Positions 29,116 through 38,906 of a stretch of DNA of 64,000 nucleotides are shown here, piece after piece; the stretch's first letter is position 1, and each line of letters opens with the position of its first letter. Origin of the DNA: a bacterium (lineage in GTDB: Bacteria; Patescibacteriota; Minisyncoccia; Phycocordibacterales; Phycocordibacteraceae). Both the position numbers and the translations under genes were made by a program. Below the pieces are notes generated by a model, which ran no database searches, had not been told where the DNA came from, and worked only from the letters and a program-made list of their open reading frames with translations. The DNA lies in contig JAHFML010000001.1 in the NCBI GenBank assembly GCA_023269085.1, positions 190,356-254,355 of the forward strand, written 5' to 3'.

Positions 29116-29984
29116 TGTGCTCGTTGCGGGACTCGTATCGGTGATGGTACGGCGCCCTGCGCAAAAGAAACTTCTTTATATTTTTCAAAGCGCTTCTTCA
29201 TTACCTCAATCGCTTCAGGGTTGCTGTCCACGAGGACAAACTCTCGCCCAAGCTCAAGCGCGGCTTCACCGAAGGTTCCGCTCCCGGCAAAAAAATCCAT
29301 GACCGTATCTCCCTCCTGCGAGGACGCGAGAACAATACGACGAATAATACCAAGTGGTTTTTGCGTCGGGTATCCGGTCTTTTCTTTTCCATTCGGACTC
29401 ACGATAGTGTGCCACCACGTGTCGGTCGGTGTCTTACCGAGCGCGGCTTTTTCAGGACCGACGAGCCCGGGTGCCATGTAGGGGATGCGATCGATCTCAT
29501 CATAATTGAAAATGTAATTCTCCGCGTCCTTCGCGTACCAGAATATCGAGTCGTGCTTCGCTGGCCATTTGTTTTTGCTCCGAGCGCCATAGTCATACGC
29601 CCAGATTATTTCATTCAAGAAATTCCCACGACCAAAGATGGTGTCGAGCAGAATTTTGCAGTAGTGCGCTTCGCGATAATCGATATGAAAATATATGCTG
29701 CCGTCTGCTGTCAAAATACGATGCGCTTCGTGTAATCGGGGTTCAAGAAATCCTAGGTAATCGTCAAATGCATCGTGATACGATTTTTCTCCAAGCACGG
29801 TCGTTCGATAGGTGTTTCCTTTAAATCCTATTCGGTCTCCTTGTTCATCGCGCGTTGTCTTGAGCTGTTTGCGAGATTGGACTTTGCCAGTATTAAACGG
29901 CGGATCGATATAGATAAGCGAAACCGATTCTGATGGCATCATGCGCAATGCCTCAAGATTATCGGCAAAAATGACCTTGTTCAT
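29100..29984 (-). CDS. DNA methyltransferase, beta-class (N6-adenine or N4-cytosine)
   Basis: N-terminal DPPF motif IV (LIYIDPPFNTG), C-terminal FxGxG motif I (FFAGSGTFGEAA). Confidence 0.85.
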   Translation of the reverse strand: MNKVIFADNLEALRMMPSESVSLIYIDPPFNTGKVQSRKQLKTTRDEQGDRIGFKGNTYRTTVLGEKSYHDAFDDYLGFLEPRLHEAHRILTADGSIYFHIDYREAHYCKILLDTIFGRGNFLNEIIWAYDYGARSKNKWPAKHDSIFWYAKDAENYIFNYDEIDRIPYMAPGLVGPEKAALGKTPTDTWWHTIVSPNGKEKTGYPTQKPLGIIRRIVLASSQEGDTVMDFFAGSGTFGEAALELGREFVLVDSNPEAIEVMKKRFEKYKEVSFAQGAVPSPIRVPQRAQCQLL

Positions 29985-30013
29985 GGGTTTGATTTTACCA
30001 CAAGAAATACCCC

Positions 30014-30583
30014 TTAGAGCCCCGAGGCAGTGATGCCGGTGTTGATGCGCGAGAGGTAGTGCGACCGACGGGCACGAACGGAGGCGAGCGCGGCCTCGTC
30101 GAAGGCGAGGTCGGTGCCCGGGATCTCGCCCGCGTCGAGGCCGAGGGCGGCGAGGAGGCGAAGTACCGCGAGAATCTCAATCGCTTCGTGCTCGCTCTCG
30201 GGCGATGCTGCGAGTGCGGCGAAGAATCCGCGCATGATCGGGAAGATCTGTACATCATGTGTCTCGCCCGCGATAAGACGCGTGACGAGGCCCGACACCT
30301 GCGCCGCGCGTACCCGCGCGGCGGGCGTCGCGAGCTTCTCGAACCACCGCTCCTCAAGCACCGCTCCCGCGACCCGCCAATACTCCTTCCCGCGCACGAG
30401 CACCACGCCACTCTCCGCGAAGGTCGCGAGCGCCGCAGCGAGCTTCGCGCCTGAAACGCGCACGCTCTGCGCGCGCGCATACACGAGACCGAGGTCTTCG
30501 GTCAGGATAGCGACTGACGCCGTCGCCTCGCCGACCGGCGTGCGAGAGAGAACGATGCCGCGTGTCTCGTACTTATGCCGCAT
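30014..30583 (-). CDS. recO: DNA repair protein RecO (short form)
   Basis: 189 aa; N-terminal OB-fold sequence RGIVLSRTPVGEATASVAILTEDLGLVYARAQSVR. Confidence 0.6.
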   Translation of the reverse strand: MRHKYETRGIVLSRTPVGEATASVAILTEDLGLVYARAQSVRVSGAKLAAALATFAESGVVLVRGKEYWRVAGAVLEERWFEKLATPAARVRAAQVSGLVTRLIAGETHDVQIFPIMRGFFAALAASPESEHEAIEILAVLRLLAALGLDAGEIPGTDLAFDEAALASVRARRSHYLSRINTGITASGL

Positions 30584-30684
30584 GATGTTCGGACGTATGT
30601 TCGGACTTACGAAGTCCCGCCATTGGGAGATTCTCTAGACTCAAGAGTTCAACAAACATCGCAATAATAGGACTTCGTAAGTCC

Positions 30685-33600
30685 CTACGCCCGAACAAGT
30701 TTGAATTGCACCGGACCAGTGGAGAGCGTCACGCTGTGAGGGCCCTCGCCTTGCACGACTTCGACCGCGTCGCCGGGCGCGAGCCCTTCGGCCTTGCGCG
30801 CCTGCGCAATCGCGCTCGCCATCTCGCGCTCGTCGCCTTCTCGAATAAGCTCAGGCGTGAGCGTCGTGTCGAGGGCGAGCTCATTGCCCACCAAAATCTC
30901 TTTCACATTCACTTCATCAGCGAGAACAGCCGAAAGCTCGCTCGTGAGCGGTTCAAAAATCGTGAGACTCGCGAGTGGCTGACGCACTTTGATGCCGGCC
31001 TTCTGTCGCAATTGTAATGCTTCTGACGCAAAGGCGCGCACGCGCGCCATGTCGGCGATCAGTGAGCTTACTTTGTCCGAAGAGTCGAGCGTGCCCCGCG
31101 AAGCCGCATCGGCGAAGTGGGACCAGTCGCACAGATGCACGCTCTCCGGCTCGCTTTCTTCTCGCACCGCGCGATACACTTCTTCGGCAATAAAGGGCAT
31201 CGCGGGCGCCATCACTTTCGACAGCTCTGCGAGCACGTGGCGCATCGTCGCGAGTGCATCCCGTTTGTCACCTCCTTCTTCTTTAAACCGATCGCGCGAG
31301 CGACGTACATACCACGCTGACAAATCATCGATGAAGAGCGCGAGCGGGCGCACCGCACGATCGAGCTCGTAGCTCTCATACCCTTCGGTCGATTCTTTCA
31401 GGAGCTCGGCGAGCCGCGCAAGAATCCATCGATCCAAGATATTCGTACTCGTCGCAGCACTCGGCGTGCCGTCGACATAGAGCTGATAAAAAGCGAGCAC
31501 ATTCATGAGCCGGCCGATGTTCTTCTTCGCGACCTCGTCGACGCCCTTCTCGGCGAAGGCGAGATTCTCTGCCTGCACGACTGGCGATACGAGGAGATAA
31601 TAGCGCAACGCATCCGCACCATACTTCTCGACGATGAGCAGGGGGTCGGGATAATTTTTCTTGCTCTTCGACAACTTCTTCCCATCTTCAGAAGAGACGA
31701 CGATGCCATTGACGATGACCTGCTCGAACGCCGGTTTGTTGAACAGGGCTCCGGCGAAGACGTGCAAATAATAGAACCATGCGCGGGTCTGATCGACGCC
31801 CTCGGCGATAAATTGTGCAGGGAACGTCTTCTCAAATTGTTCCTTGTTCTCAAACGGATAATGCCCTTGCGCATACGGCATCGCGCCCGAGTCGAACCAC
31901 GTGTCGAGCACGTCGCTCACGCGCGTGAGCGGCTCGCCCGCATCATTCACAAGCTGCACCTCGTCAATATACGGCAGATGCAGGTCGAGCTCATAGTCGC
32001 CGTTGTGCGGGAGTGGTGTGAAGTCGAGTGGATAGGGTGTCGCATATTCAATCGGATTGAACGCGTGCCGATATTCTTTCGTCTTTCCTGAAGCGATAAG
32101 CCGGAGTGATCTCACTGGATTCTTGTGCGAGACAATGAGGATGCGCGTATTCGTATACTGCTTCTCTAAATCGTAGAGCGCCGCACCAACCCTATGACGC
32201 ACTTGTTCTCCCGTTTCGCCGCCCTCTGGTGCAAGAGAGAATCGGTCGCTTGTCCCAGAAAAAAACATACTGTATTCGGCAATTGGCTTGCCGTCGAATA
32301 TACCTGCGCTTTTCTCGAAGAATCGCTCGTCGGTAATAATTGCGCTTCTTGCGAGACCGAGCTCATCCGCGACAATCTCTGCTGTCTCTTTCGTGCGTAA
32401 CAACGGCGAAGTGATTATGATATCGACACCGCCTGCTGTTACAAGCGTTTGTGCTCCTGCCTTTGCCTGCGCACGTCCAACTTCTGTAAGAGGATGCTTC
32501 ATTGCCGTCTTGGCCGTTGTGCTCATTACGTCTTCGACATTTGCAAGCGACTCGCCATGCCGCATCACAAAATACGTGTTGCCGCTTTTCTTCGTGTGCT
32601 TCTTCAACTCATCGACCGAGCCAATGACGGTGATCTCCCCCGCCGCATCCTTCCACAGAGGCATCACACTCGCCCAGAAGCGCTGGCGCGATATCGACCA
32701 GTCGCGCGCGCCTTCGAGCCACTTGCCGAAGCGACCCTCTTTAATATGCGCGGGCGACCACGCGATGCTCTCCGCATTCTTGAGCAAATCATCCTTCACC
32801 TTCGTCACTGCGACGAACCACGAAGTCGTCGCATAATTCAGAAGCGGCGTGTCGCAACGCCAGCAATGCGGATAGCTGTGCACAAGATTCTCCTTCGAGA
32901 AGAAGGTGCCATGTTCTTGCAGATATTTGATAACCTCAATGTCCGTGCCGAGCCGCACTTTGTCATCGTCGGACTTCGGCTTCACCTCCCTCCCCGCGAA
33001 GTCGGTCACCTCGCTCTTCATCGTGCCGTCTCCCTGCACATGCTGAATGAACGGGAGATTCTCTTTTTTGCCAAGCGCCATGTCGTCTTCGCCGAAGGCC
33101 GGTGCGATGTGCACGACACCCGTGCCCGTGTCGGTCGTGACGAAGTCGGCGGCGTAGACCTTCCAGCCGTTCTCGCGGTTCTTGAGCGTCGCGTCATTCT
33201 TATAATAATCAAACGGTGGTTCGTATTCGAGGCCGACGAGATCGCGGCCAACGAGGAGCCGCACCGGCCGCGAAGAAATAGTCTGGCCGAGCGGAGCGAG
33301 GAGATCCGAGGACTTTTCTGCAGTGGCCGGTGCGGCGACGATGTGGGTTTGTCCATCAACCTCGCGCACTTCGTATTCAATATTCTCCCCCACCGCGAGC
33401 GCGACGTTGCCGGGCAGTGTCCACGGCGTCGTCGTCCACGCGAGGAGATAGACCTCACCCGAGAGACCGAGCTTCTCTGGATTTTTTATTTTAAATTTCA
33501 CCGTGACCGAAATATCTTTGACATCCTTGTATCCCTCCGCGACCTCCTGTTGGGAGAGCGTTGTCTCACAGCGCGGGCAGATATGCATCGAGCGATAGTC

Positions 33601-34119
33601 CTCATAGACAAGCCCTTTGTCATAGACCTGCTTGAAGACCCACCAGACCGACTCCATGAAGGACGGGCTCATCGTCAAATAGGCGTGCTCCATATCGACC
33701 CAGCGCCCGATGCGCGGGATAATCTTCTTCCATTCGTCCGCATATTCAAACACGCTCGACCGACAGCGCTCATTGAACTTCTCCACGCCGTACGCCTTGA
33801 TATCCTTTTTATGTTTGAAGCCGAGCTCCTTCTCTATCATGTTCTCGATCGGGAGACCGTGCGTGTCCCAGCCCCACACCCGCGGGACATGATAGCCGCG
33901 CATCGTGAAGTAGCGCGGGACAGCGTCCTTGATAACGCTCGCGACAATGTGGCCATAGTGCGGCAGGCCGGTCGCGAAGGGCGGGCCATCGTAGAAAACA
34001 TATTCGCCCTTGGGCGCTTCCTTCGCGAGCGACTGCTCAAAAACCTTCTCGCGTTCCCAGAATGCGAGCGTCGCCTCCTCCCGCACGGCTGTTTCTGATT
34101 TTTCTGGCATAGACTCCAT
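30685..34119 (-). CDS. ileS: isoleucyl-tRNA synthetase (type 2) with embedded histidine-phosphatase (PGAM-like) domain
   Basis: start at MESMPEKSE; HYGH and KLSKS motifs; editing domain; ~195-aa insert with RHG and SH motifs (see findings). Confidence 0.9.
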   Translation of the reverse strand: MESMPEKSETAVREEATLAFWEREKVFEQSLAKEAPKGEYVFYDGPPFATGLPHYGHIVASVIKDAVPRYFTMRGYHVPRVWGWDTHGLPIENMIEKELGFKHKKDIKAYGVEKFNERCRSSVFEYADEWKKIIPRIGRWVDMEHAYLTMSPSFMESVWWVFKQVYDKGLVYEDYRSMHICPRCETTLSQQEVAEGYKDVKDISVTVKFKIKNPEKLGLSGEVYLLAWTTTPWTLPGNVALAVGENIEYEVREVDGQTHIVAAPATAEKSSDLLAPLGQTISSRPVRLLVGRDLVGLEYEPPFDYYKNDATLKNRENGWKVYAADFVTTDTGTGVVHIAPAFGEDDMALGKKENLPFIQHVQGDGTMKSEVTDFAGREVKPKSDDDKVRLGTDIEVIKYLQEHGTFFSKENLVHSYPHCWRCDTPLLNYATTSWFVAVTKVKDDLLKNAESIAWSPAHIKEGRFGKWLEGARDWSISRQRFWASVMPLWKDAAGEITVIGSVDELKKHTKKSGNTYFVMRHGESLANVEDVMSTTAKTAMKHPLTEVGRAQAKAGAQTLVTAGGVDIIITSPLLRTKETAEIVADELGLARSAIITDERFFEKSAGIFDGKPIAEYSMFFSGTSDRFSLAPEGGETGEQVRHRVGAALYDLEKQYTNTRILIVSHKNPVRSLRLIASGKTKEYRHAFNPIEYATPYPLDFTPLPHNGDYELDLHLPYIDEVQLVNDAGEPLTRVSDVLDTWFDSGAMPYAQGHYPFENKEQFEKTFPAQFIAEGVDQTRAWFYYLHVFAGALFNKPAFEQVIVNGIVVSSEDGKKLSKSKKNYPDPLLIVEKYGADALRYYLLVSPVVQAENLAFAEKGVDEVAKKNIGRLMNVLAFYQLYVDGTPSAATSTNILDRWILARLAELLKESTEGYESYELDRAVRPLALFIDDLSAWYVRRSRDRFKEEGGDKRDALATMRHVLAELSKVMAPAMPFIAEEVYRAVREESEPESVHLCDWSHFADAASRGTLDSSDKVSSLIADMARVRAFASEALQLRQKAGIKVRQPLASLTIFEPLTSELSAVLADEVNVKEILVGNELALDTTLTPELIREGDEREMASAIAQARKAEGLAPGDAVEVVQGEGPHSVTLSTGPVQFKLVRA

Positions 34120-34120
34120 A

Positions 34121-35788
34121 TTACATCCTCTCGGGTGCGCTGACGCCGAGGAGCGTGAGGCCATTCGTCATCGTGGTGGCGAAGGCGCGCGCGACGCGCT
34201 GTTTGTACGCCTCTTCGGGGCTCCCGAGCACTTGTTCGGATGCATAAAAAGAATTCCACGTGGCGGCAAGCGCGGTGAGGTAGGTGGTGAGAATATTCGG
34301 CGCGAGCTCCCGCGCGGCGCGCGCGACTACTTCAGGATAATGCAGGATGAGCCGCTCGATAGCATAGGGCTCGGATGGTTCTTCAATCCCGCCTTCTCCA
34401 TTCTCAGCATACGCGAGGATCTTCTTCGCCCGCACAAGCGCATACTGGAGATACGGCCCCGAATCGCCCTCGAGCGAGAGCGACTGCTCGGGGTCGAAGA
34501 TAATGTCCGAGCCCGGCGCTTGGCGCAGGATCATATATTTGATAGCACCAATAGCGACTTGCTCGGCCACATGCGGGTCCGGGTTCTTCACGAGCGCCTT
34601 GCCGATGATCTCGGTAATCAGGGCATCGGCCGTGATAACATTCCCCTCGCGCGAGCTCATCTTGCCCGAGGTGAGGCGCAAGAAGCCGTGCGGCACGTGC
34701 CGGGTCTTGGCCGCTATCGCCGGCGCGAGCTCGGCGAGCGCCGCGAGCACCACCTTGAAGTGTCCGATCTGCTCGGCTGCCGTCACGATAATCGAACGAT
34801 CATTCGGGACTCGCTCCTCTTTCAAAAAAGCGAGCCCGATGTCCTTGGCCTCATAGGTCGGCGTACCGCGACTTGTAACAAAAACGAGCGTGTGGAGCCC
34901 AACCTTCTCACCACGATAAATCACGGCGCCTTCGCTCTCTTCAAAAATTCCCTTTGCAATACCGTCATGCACCATGCGCGTACCTGGCTCGGCAGTCTCG
35001 CTCTCAAAAAAATACTGATCGAAATGTGTGCCGAGATGCTGATATATCTTCTCAAATGCTTCGAGTGATACAGCGCGCCCCTTCCGCCACAGATCCATGA
35101 CTGCCGTGTCGCTCGCCGTATAAATAACCGTGTTCAACGCATCGATTTCTGCCTTCGCTTCAGGCGAATCTTCATAGGCTTGGTTACCCGCAACATACGC
35201 CTCGCTCAATTCAAGCGTCGTGGTTGGTTCAACGATGCCGACTTTTTGCAATCCCCACAACGCCTTCGCGACATGCGGCCCGACATCGCCCTGATAATTT
35301 GCACGGATGACCGTCGCGCCTTCGTTCTCGATAAGCCGCGAGATTGATTCGCCAATCGTATTGCTCATCAAATGCCCAATATGCATTGCTTTGAATGGGT
35401 TCGGGTCGGTATACTCGATCACGACGCGCTGGCCTTCTTGCACATTCCCCTTCCCCCATCCTGTGCCTTGCGCAGAAGCCTCGGTGATGGCGCGCGCGAC
35501 GGCCGCGCGCGAAAGCGTGATGTTGATGAAGCCCGGGCCCGCGACCTCGATACTCTGTATCGAGGTCGGGCCGAGCACCGTCGAGACCCTGAGTTCTTTG
35601 ACCAGAAGCTCGGCCACCTCTTGTGGTCGTTTGCCAAGTTGCTTCGCCGCCGCTAGGGCCGCATTCGTCGCGTAGTCGCCATGCGTCATCTCGGTCGGCT
35701 GTTCGACGACAAAGGCGCCTGTCTGCCCGGCAGGCAGGCCAAGCTCCCGCAGGGCGCCAGCAACCGCTTCTCGAATCTTCTCTTCCAT
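34121..35788 (-). CDS. argS: arginyl-tRNA synthetase
   Basis: 555 aa; class I core with HVGH-type motif; C-terminal DALR anticodon-binding domain. Confidence 0.93.
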   Translation of the reverse strand: MEEKIREAVAGALRELGLPAGQTGAFVVEQPTEMTHGDYATNAALAAAKQLGKRPQEVAELLVKELRVSTVLGPTSIQSIEVAGPGFINITLSRAAVARAITEASAQGTGWGKGNVQEGQRVVIEYTDPNPFKAMHIGHLMSNTIGESISRLIENEGATVIRANYQGDVGPHVAKALWGLQKVGIVEPTTTLELSEAYVAGNQAYEDSPEAKAEIDALNTVIYTASDTAVMDLWRKGRAVSLEAFEKIYQHLGTHFDQYFFESETAEPGTRMVHDGIAKGIFEESEGAVIYRGEKVGLHTLVFVTSRGTPTYEAKDIGLAFLKEERVPNDRSIIVTAAEQIGHFKVVLAALAELAPAIAAKTRHVPHGFLRLTSGKMSSREGNVITADALITEIIGKALVKNPDPHVAEQVAIGAIKYMILRQAPGSDIIFDPEQSLSLEGDSGPYLQYALVRAKKILAYAENGEGGIEEPSEPYAIERLILHYPEVVARAARELAPNILTTYLTALAATWNSFYASEQVLGSPEEAYKQRVARAFATTMTNGLTLLGVSAPERM

Positions 35789-35830
35789 GCTGGTCTAGTG
35801 TAGCAGACCTCGCGACCTGATGAAATACGA

Positions 35831-35856
35831 AAAACGGCGCGCCAAAGGCGCGCCGC
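35831..35856. terminator. GC hairpin terminator (ACGGCGCGCC-AAA-GGCGCGCCG)
   Basis: between argS start and tmk stop. Confidence 0.4.
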
Positions 35857-35873
35857 TGGGTCTTAGATAAAAA

Positions 35874-36503
35874 TCATAGGGCAATACCTATAGTATACAG
35901 TATCGCCATAACTTCTCCGTGTATCTCCTCGGGAGTTCGTAGTGCGTTGACGAACTCAACACTTGCGAGCCGAGCGAAGTCGCGAAATCCTTCCCGCACC
36001 CGCTCGTAGTACGCAAGATCGCGAACGTCAAAATGATTCGGATTTCGTTTTGCGTCCCGTAATGCACGAGTACGCGCCACGTCTGCCGGCAGATCGAACA
36101 CGATGTACATATCCGGCTCGGGTAGAATGAGCTTTCGGGTCAAGACGAACAAATCCATCAGTTCATCCTTTCGCTCTTCGCCGCAAAGCTGGAACGCAAA
36201 GGTTGATGAATCGCCACGATCAGAGAACACATGCCTTCCATCTGCGAGAGCCGGTGCCACGAGACTGTAGCGAAGCTCTTCTCGTGCCGCCAAGAAGAGT
36301 AGTGCTTGAGCAAGTGCTGTTGTCTGACCAGCGAGCGGGTCATCGCGAACAAGTGTTCGTATCTTCTCCGCAAACGGGGTCCCGCCCGGCTCTCTGGTGA
36401 AGACCACTGCGCGATCACCGGGGAATTTCTTCCGAAGCAGCTCAATCTGCGTACCCTTTCCCGACCCGTCCATACCGTCGAATACAATGTACTTAGGTTC
36501 CAT
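35874..36503 (-). CDS. tmk: thymidylate kinase
   Basis: 209 aa; P-loop FDGMDGSGKGTQ; DRY-type motif region. Confidence 0.9.
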   Translation of the reverse strand: MEPKYIVFDGMDGSGKGTQIELLRKKFPGDRAVVFTREPGGTPFAEKIRTLVRDDPLAGQTTALAQALLFLAAREELRYSLVAPALADGRHVFSDRGDSSTFAFQLCGEERKDELMDLFVLTRKLILPEPDMYIVFDLPADVARTRALRDAKRNPNHFDVRDLAYYERVREGFRDFARLASVEFVNALRTPEEIHGEVMAILYTIGIAL

Positions 36504-36605
36504 GTGAGTCTCCTCATCAAGTTAGTCCTCACCCATCCTACATGAAATGTCTCGAAACAAAAGAACATCCCCGCTCCGGCTGACGCCGTTACAAAAATCA
36601 GACAA

Positions 36606-37340
36606 ATGTACTATAGTGCCCCCATGGCACTCTCAGATAGGAAAATCCTTGAACATAAGAAAAACGGCACGATTGTCATAAGCCCGTTCAAGCGCGAGAA
36701 TCTCGCGACCTCCAGCTATGATGTCTCGCTCGGCGAATGGTTCTTCCGTGAACAGCCGACCAAGTACAACCACAGTATCTATAACATTTGGAGCGAGGCG
36801 CACACGCGGTATGTGTGGGGAGCCGATGCGCCCGAACGCGCGATATCGGCAAAAGAAGCTTTCAAAAAATACAACTTCAAATGGGACGGCATCAGCCCAA
36901 ATGACAAAGTCATCATGCTTCGACCGGGCGAGACTATTCTCGCCCACACCAACGAGTTCATCGGCGGCCGCGACTCGGTAACCACCATGATGAAAGCGCG
37001 CTCATCGATGGGGCGCAATTTCATCGAGGTGTGCAAGTGCGCCGGATGGGGCGATGTCGGCTACGTCAATCGTTGGACGATGGAGATAACGAACAATTCA
37101 AAAAACTATATCATCCCGCTCGTCGTCGGGCGGCGCATCGCGCAGATTATCTTCTTTGACACCGGCCCGATTCTCGAAAAGGATTATGCCGTCTCTGGCA
37201 AATATCAGACTTCCCATGATATCGCCGAAATTAAGAAATCGTGGACGCCCGAGATGATGCTCCCGCGGCTCTGGACCGATCGCGACGCGAAGAAAAAGCA
37301 TCCTATCAAGACCAAGAGTAGTAAAAGCTCTCGGACATAA
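36606..37340 (+). CDS. dcd: dCTP deaminase-family protein (dUTPase superfamily) with C-terminal Lys-rich extension
   Basis: N-terminal LSDRKILE...GTIVISPF...SYDVSLG matches the dCTP deaminase signature; 244 aa is longer than typical. Confidence 0.65.
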   Translation: MYYSAPMALSDRKILEHKKNGTIVISPFKRENLATSSYDVSLGEWFFREQPTKYNHSIYNIWSEAHTRYVWGADAPERAISAKEAFKKYNFKWDGISPNDKVIMLRPGETILAHTNEFIGGRDSVTTMMKARSSMGRNFIEVCKCAGWGDVGYVNRWTMEITNNSKNYIIPLVVGRRIAQIIFFDTGPILEKDYAVSGKYQTSHDIAEIKKSWTPEMMLPRLWTDRDAKKKHPIKTKSSKSSRT

Positions 37341-37371
37341 AAAACGGCGGCTCGGGGCCGCCGTTTCGTTT
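37339..37371. terminator. bidirectional terminator (AACGGCGGC-TCGG-GGCCGCCGTT with flanking A/T runs)
   Basis: seen in sequence. Confidence 0.55.
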
Positions 37372-37377
37372 GCGATG

Positions 37378-37767
37378 TTATGCGATGTGCACCATCAATC
37401 CGGGACAACGAAGTTGGCACTCCGCCGCCAACAATCGACGATGGCACTGCGAGGGATCGTCTTCGATGCAAAGCACTGCGACATCGATTGAAAGAGCCAG
37501 ACTGATGAGCCGGCTGACCTGCTCCGTCTTACTTGGTTGTCGAATCTCGGCGAGATATCGCGCCACGTATTCATCCCACGAGATTTCGCGGTGATACCAC
37601 GCACCGACAAGCTTTGCTGACGGAGCAAGCTCTAACCAATGTTGGTCATATCTGCCCGCAAGTCTCAGGTCTGGCCTCTTGCCGTCAGCGAATGTATGTC
37701 GACTCATGGTTGAAATACGCAGTACGCCCGTCGGCGTTTCCTTCAAAATACAAGCGGTATAGAGCAT
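37378..37767 (-). CDS. DUF488 (YeaO-like) family protein
   Basis: 129 aa; LAPSAKLVGAWYH...YVARYLAEIRQ...DDPSQCHRRLLAAEC matches the DUF488 pattern. Confidence 0.6.
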   Translation of the reverse strand: MLYTACILKETPTGVLRISTMSRHTFADGKRPDLRLAGRYDQHWLELAPSAKLVGAWYHREISWDEYVARYLAEIRQPSKTEQVSRLISLALSIDVAVLCIEDDPSQCHRRLLAAECQLRCPGLMVHIA

Positions 37768-37835
37768 GGCCTATCTCCCAATGGTTGAATCTTGGCAAAC
37801 TGTACTGGTCGAAGCAAAAAAGCGCAACCGAATAG

Positions 37836-37866
37836 AAAAACGGCGACCGTGAGGTCGCCGTTTGCT
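37836..37866. terminator. hairpin terminator (AACGGCGACC-GTGA-GGTCGCCGTTT)
   Basis: seen in sequence downstream of thyA. Confidence 0.5.
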
Positions 37867-37877
37867 GCACAGAAGAG

Positions 37878-38792
37878 TCACAACAACTTGGCCTTGATGC
37901 GGCCCTGATGTTGATACCCTACCAACTTCACGTCATCCATGGTGAACTCGTCGATGTCGGTCACCTCGGGATTCAGCCACAGTTTCGATGCCGGGAGCGT
38001 ATCACGCACGAGCTGTTGCCGAACCGCCTTCAAGTGAGCGCTGTAGATGTGGCAATCGTTCAAGGTGATGACAAGCTCGCCCGGGACCATGCCGACACAT
38101 TGCGCGAACATATGCAAGAACACCGCATAGGACGCGATATTGAACGGCACGCCGAGGAACATGTCGCATGAACGCTGGTCCATCGCCAAATCGAGATACA
38201 ACTTCTTGTCGCGCCGGTGTGAGCGGCGAGCGAAGAGCTGGAACTTCATATGGCATGGCGGCAGACACATATCGCCGACCTTGAGTGGGTTCCACGCAGT
38301 AACGACATGATAGCGACTAAACGGATCCACCCTGAGCGCTTGCAACACCTTCGCGAGCTGGTCCACACCTTCGCCGTTGTAGGTACGCCACTGTGAGCCA
38401 TAGATTACGCCGCAGTCACCCTGGAATTGCGCCTTACCCTTACTGGCAAAATCTTCCTGGTTGAGCGACCACATGGGGTTGCGGGCATCTTCAGGAAGAC
38501 CGACGAGCTGGTTCAATCGGCCGATCGACAAACGATACGGGATTGGCGAATCTTTACCGCCCTCGATGAACCACAGCAATTCGGCAACGACCGACTTGAA
38601 GGCGAGTTGCTTCGTTGTCATGGCGGGGAAGCCTTTTTGCAGGTCGAAGCGGACTTGGCGAGCGAAGATTGCTCGCGTGTGTCCGTTCCGAGTGCTCCGC
38701 ACATCGCCGTGCGCCAGTGCATCACACAACGCTCCAAGATACACCGCTTCGTTAGGGTTCGCACCCCAGTCACCTAACAGAATTTCGTTCAT
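37878..38792 (-). CDS. thyA: thymidylate synthase ThyA
   Basis: start at MNEILLGDWG; ELLWFIEG, catalytic Cys region LPPCHMKFQLF, canonical ThyA throughout. Confidence 0.93.
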   Translation of the reverse strand: MNEILLGDWGANPNEAVYLGALCDALAHGDVRSTRNGHTRAIFARQVRFDLQKGFPAMTTKQLAFKSVVAELLWFIEGGKDSPIPYRLSIGRLNQLVGLPEDARNPMWSLNQEDFASKGKAQFQGDCGVIYGSQWRTYNGEGVDQLAKVLQALRVDPFSRYHVVTAWNPLKVGDMCLPPCHMKFQLFARRSHRRDKKLYLDLAMDQRSCDMFLGVPFNIASYAVFLHMFAQCVGMVPGELVITLNDCHIYSAHLKAVRQQLVRDTLPASKLWLNPEVTDIDEFTMDDVKLVGYQHQGRIKAKLL

Positions 38793-38906
38793 GATGCTCT
38801 CCTGCAAAGTTGAGGGAATGGACAGAACTACAATCCGCAGGAACTGTACGGGCAAAAGGGTCGGGGCGCAAGTTGACACCATTGCGGCGATAAGGAAAGA
38901 TAGTCG

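Noticed and set aside
31999-32586. Possibility that the insert in ileS is an intein
   Set aside because: No N-terminal Cys/Ser splice junction and no HN/C-extein motifs. The segment has RHG...SH histidine-phosphatase motifs instead.
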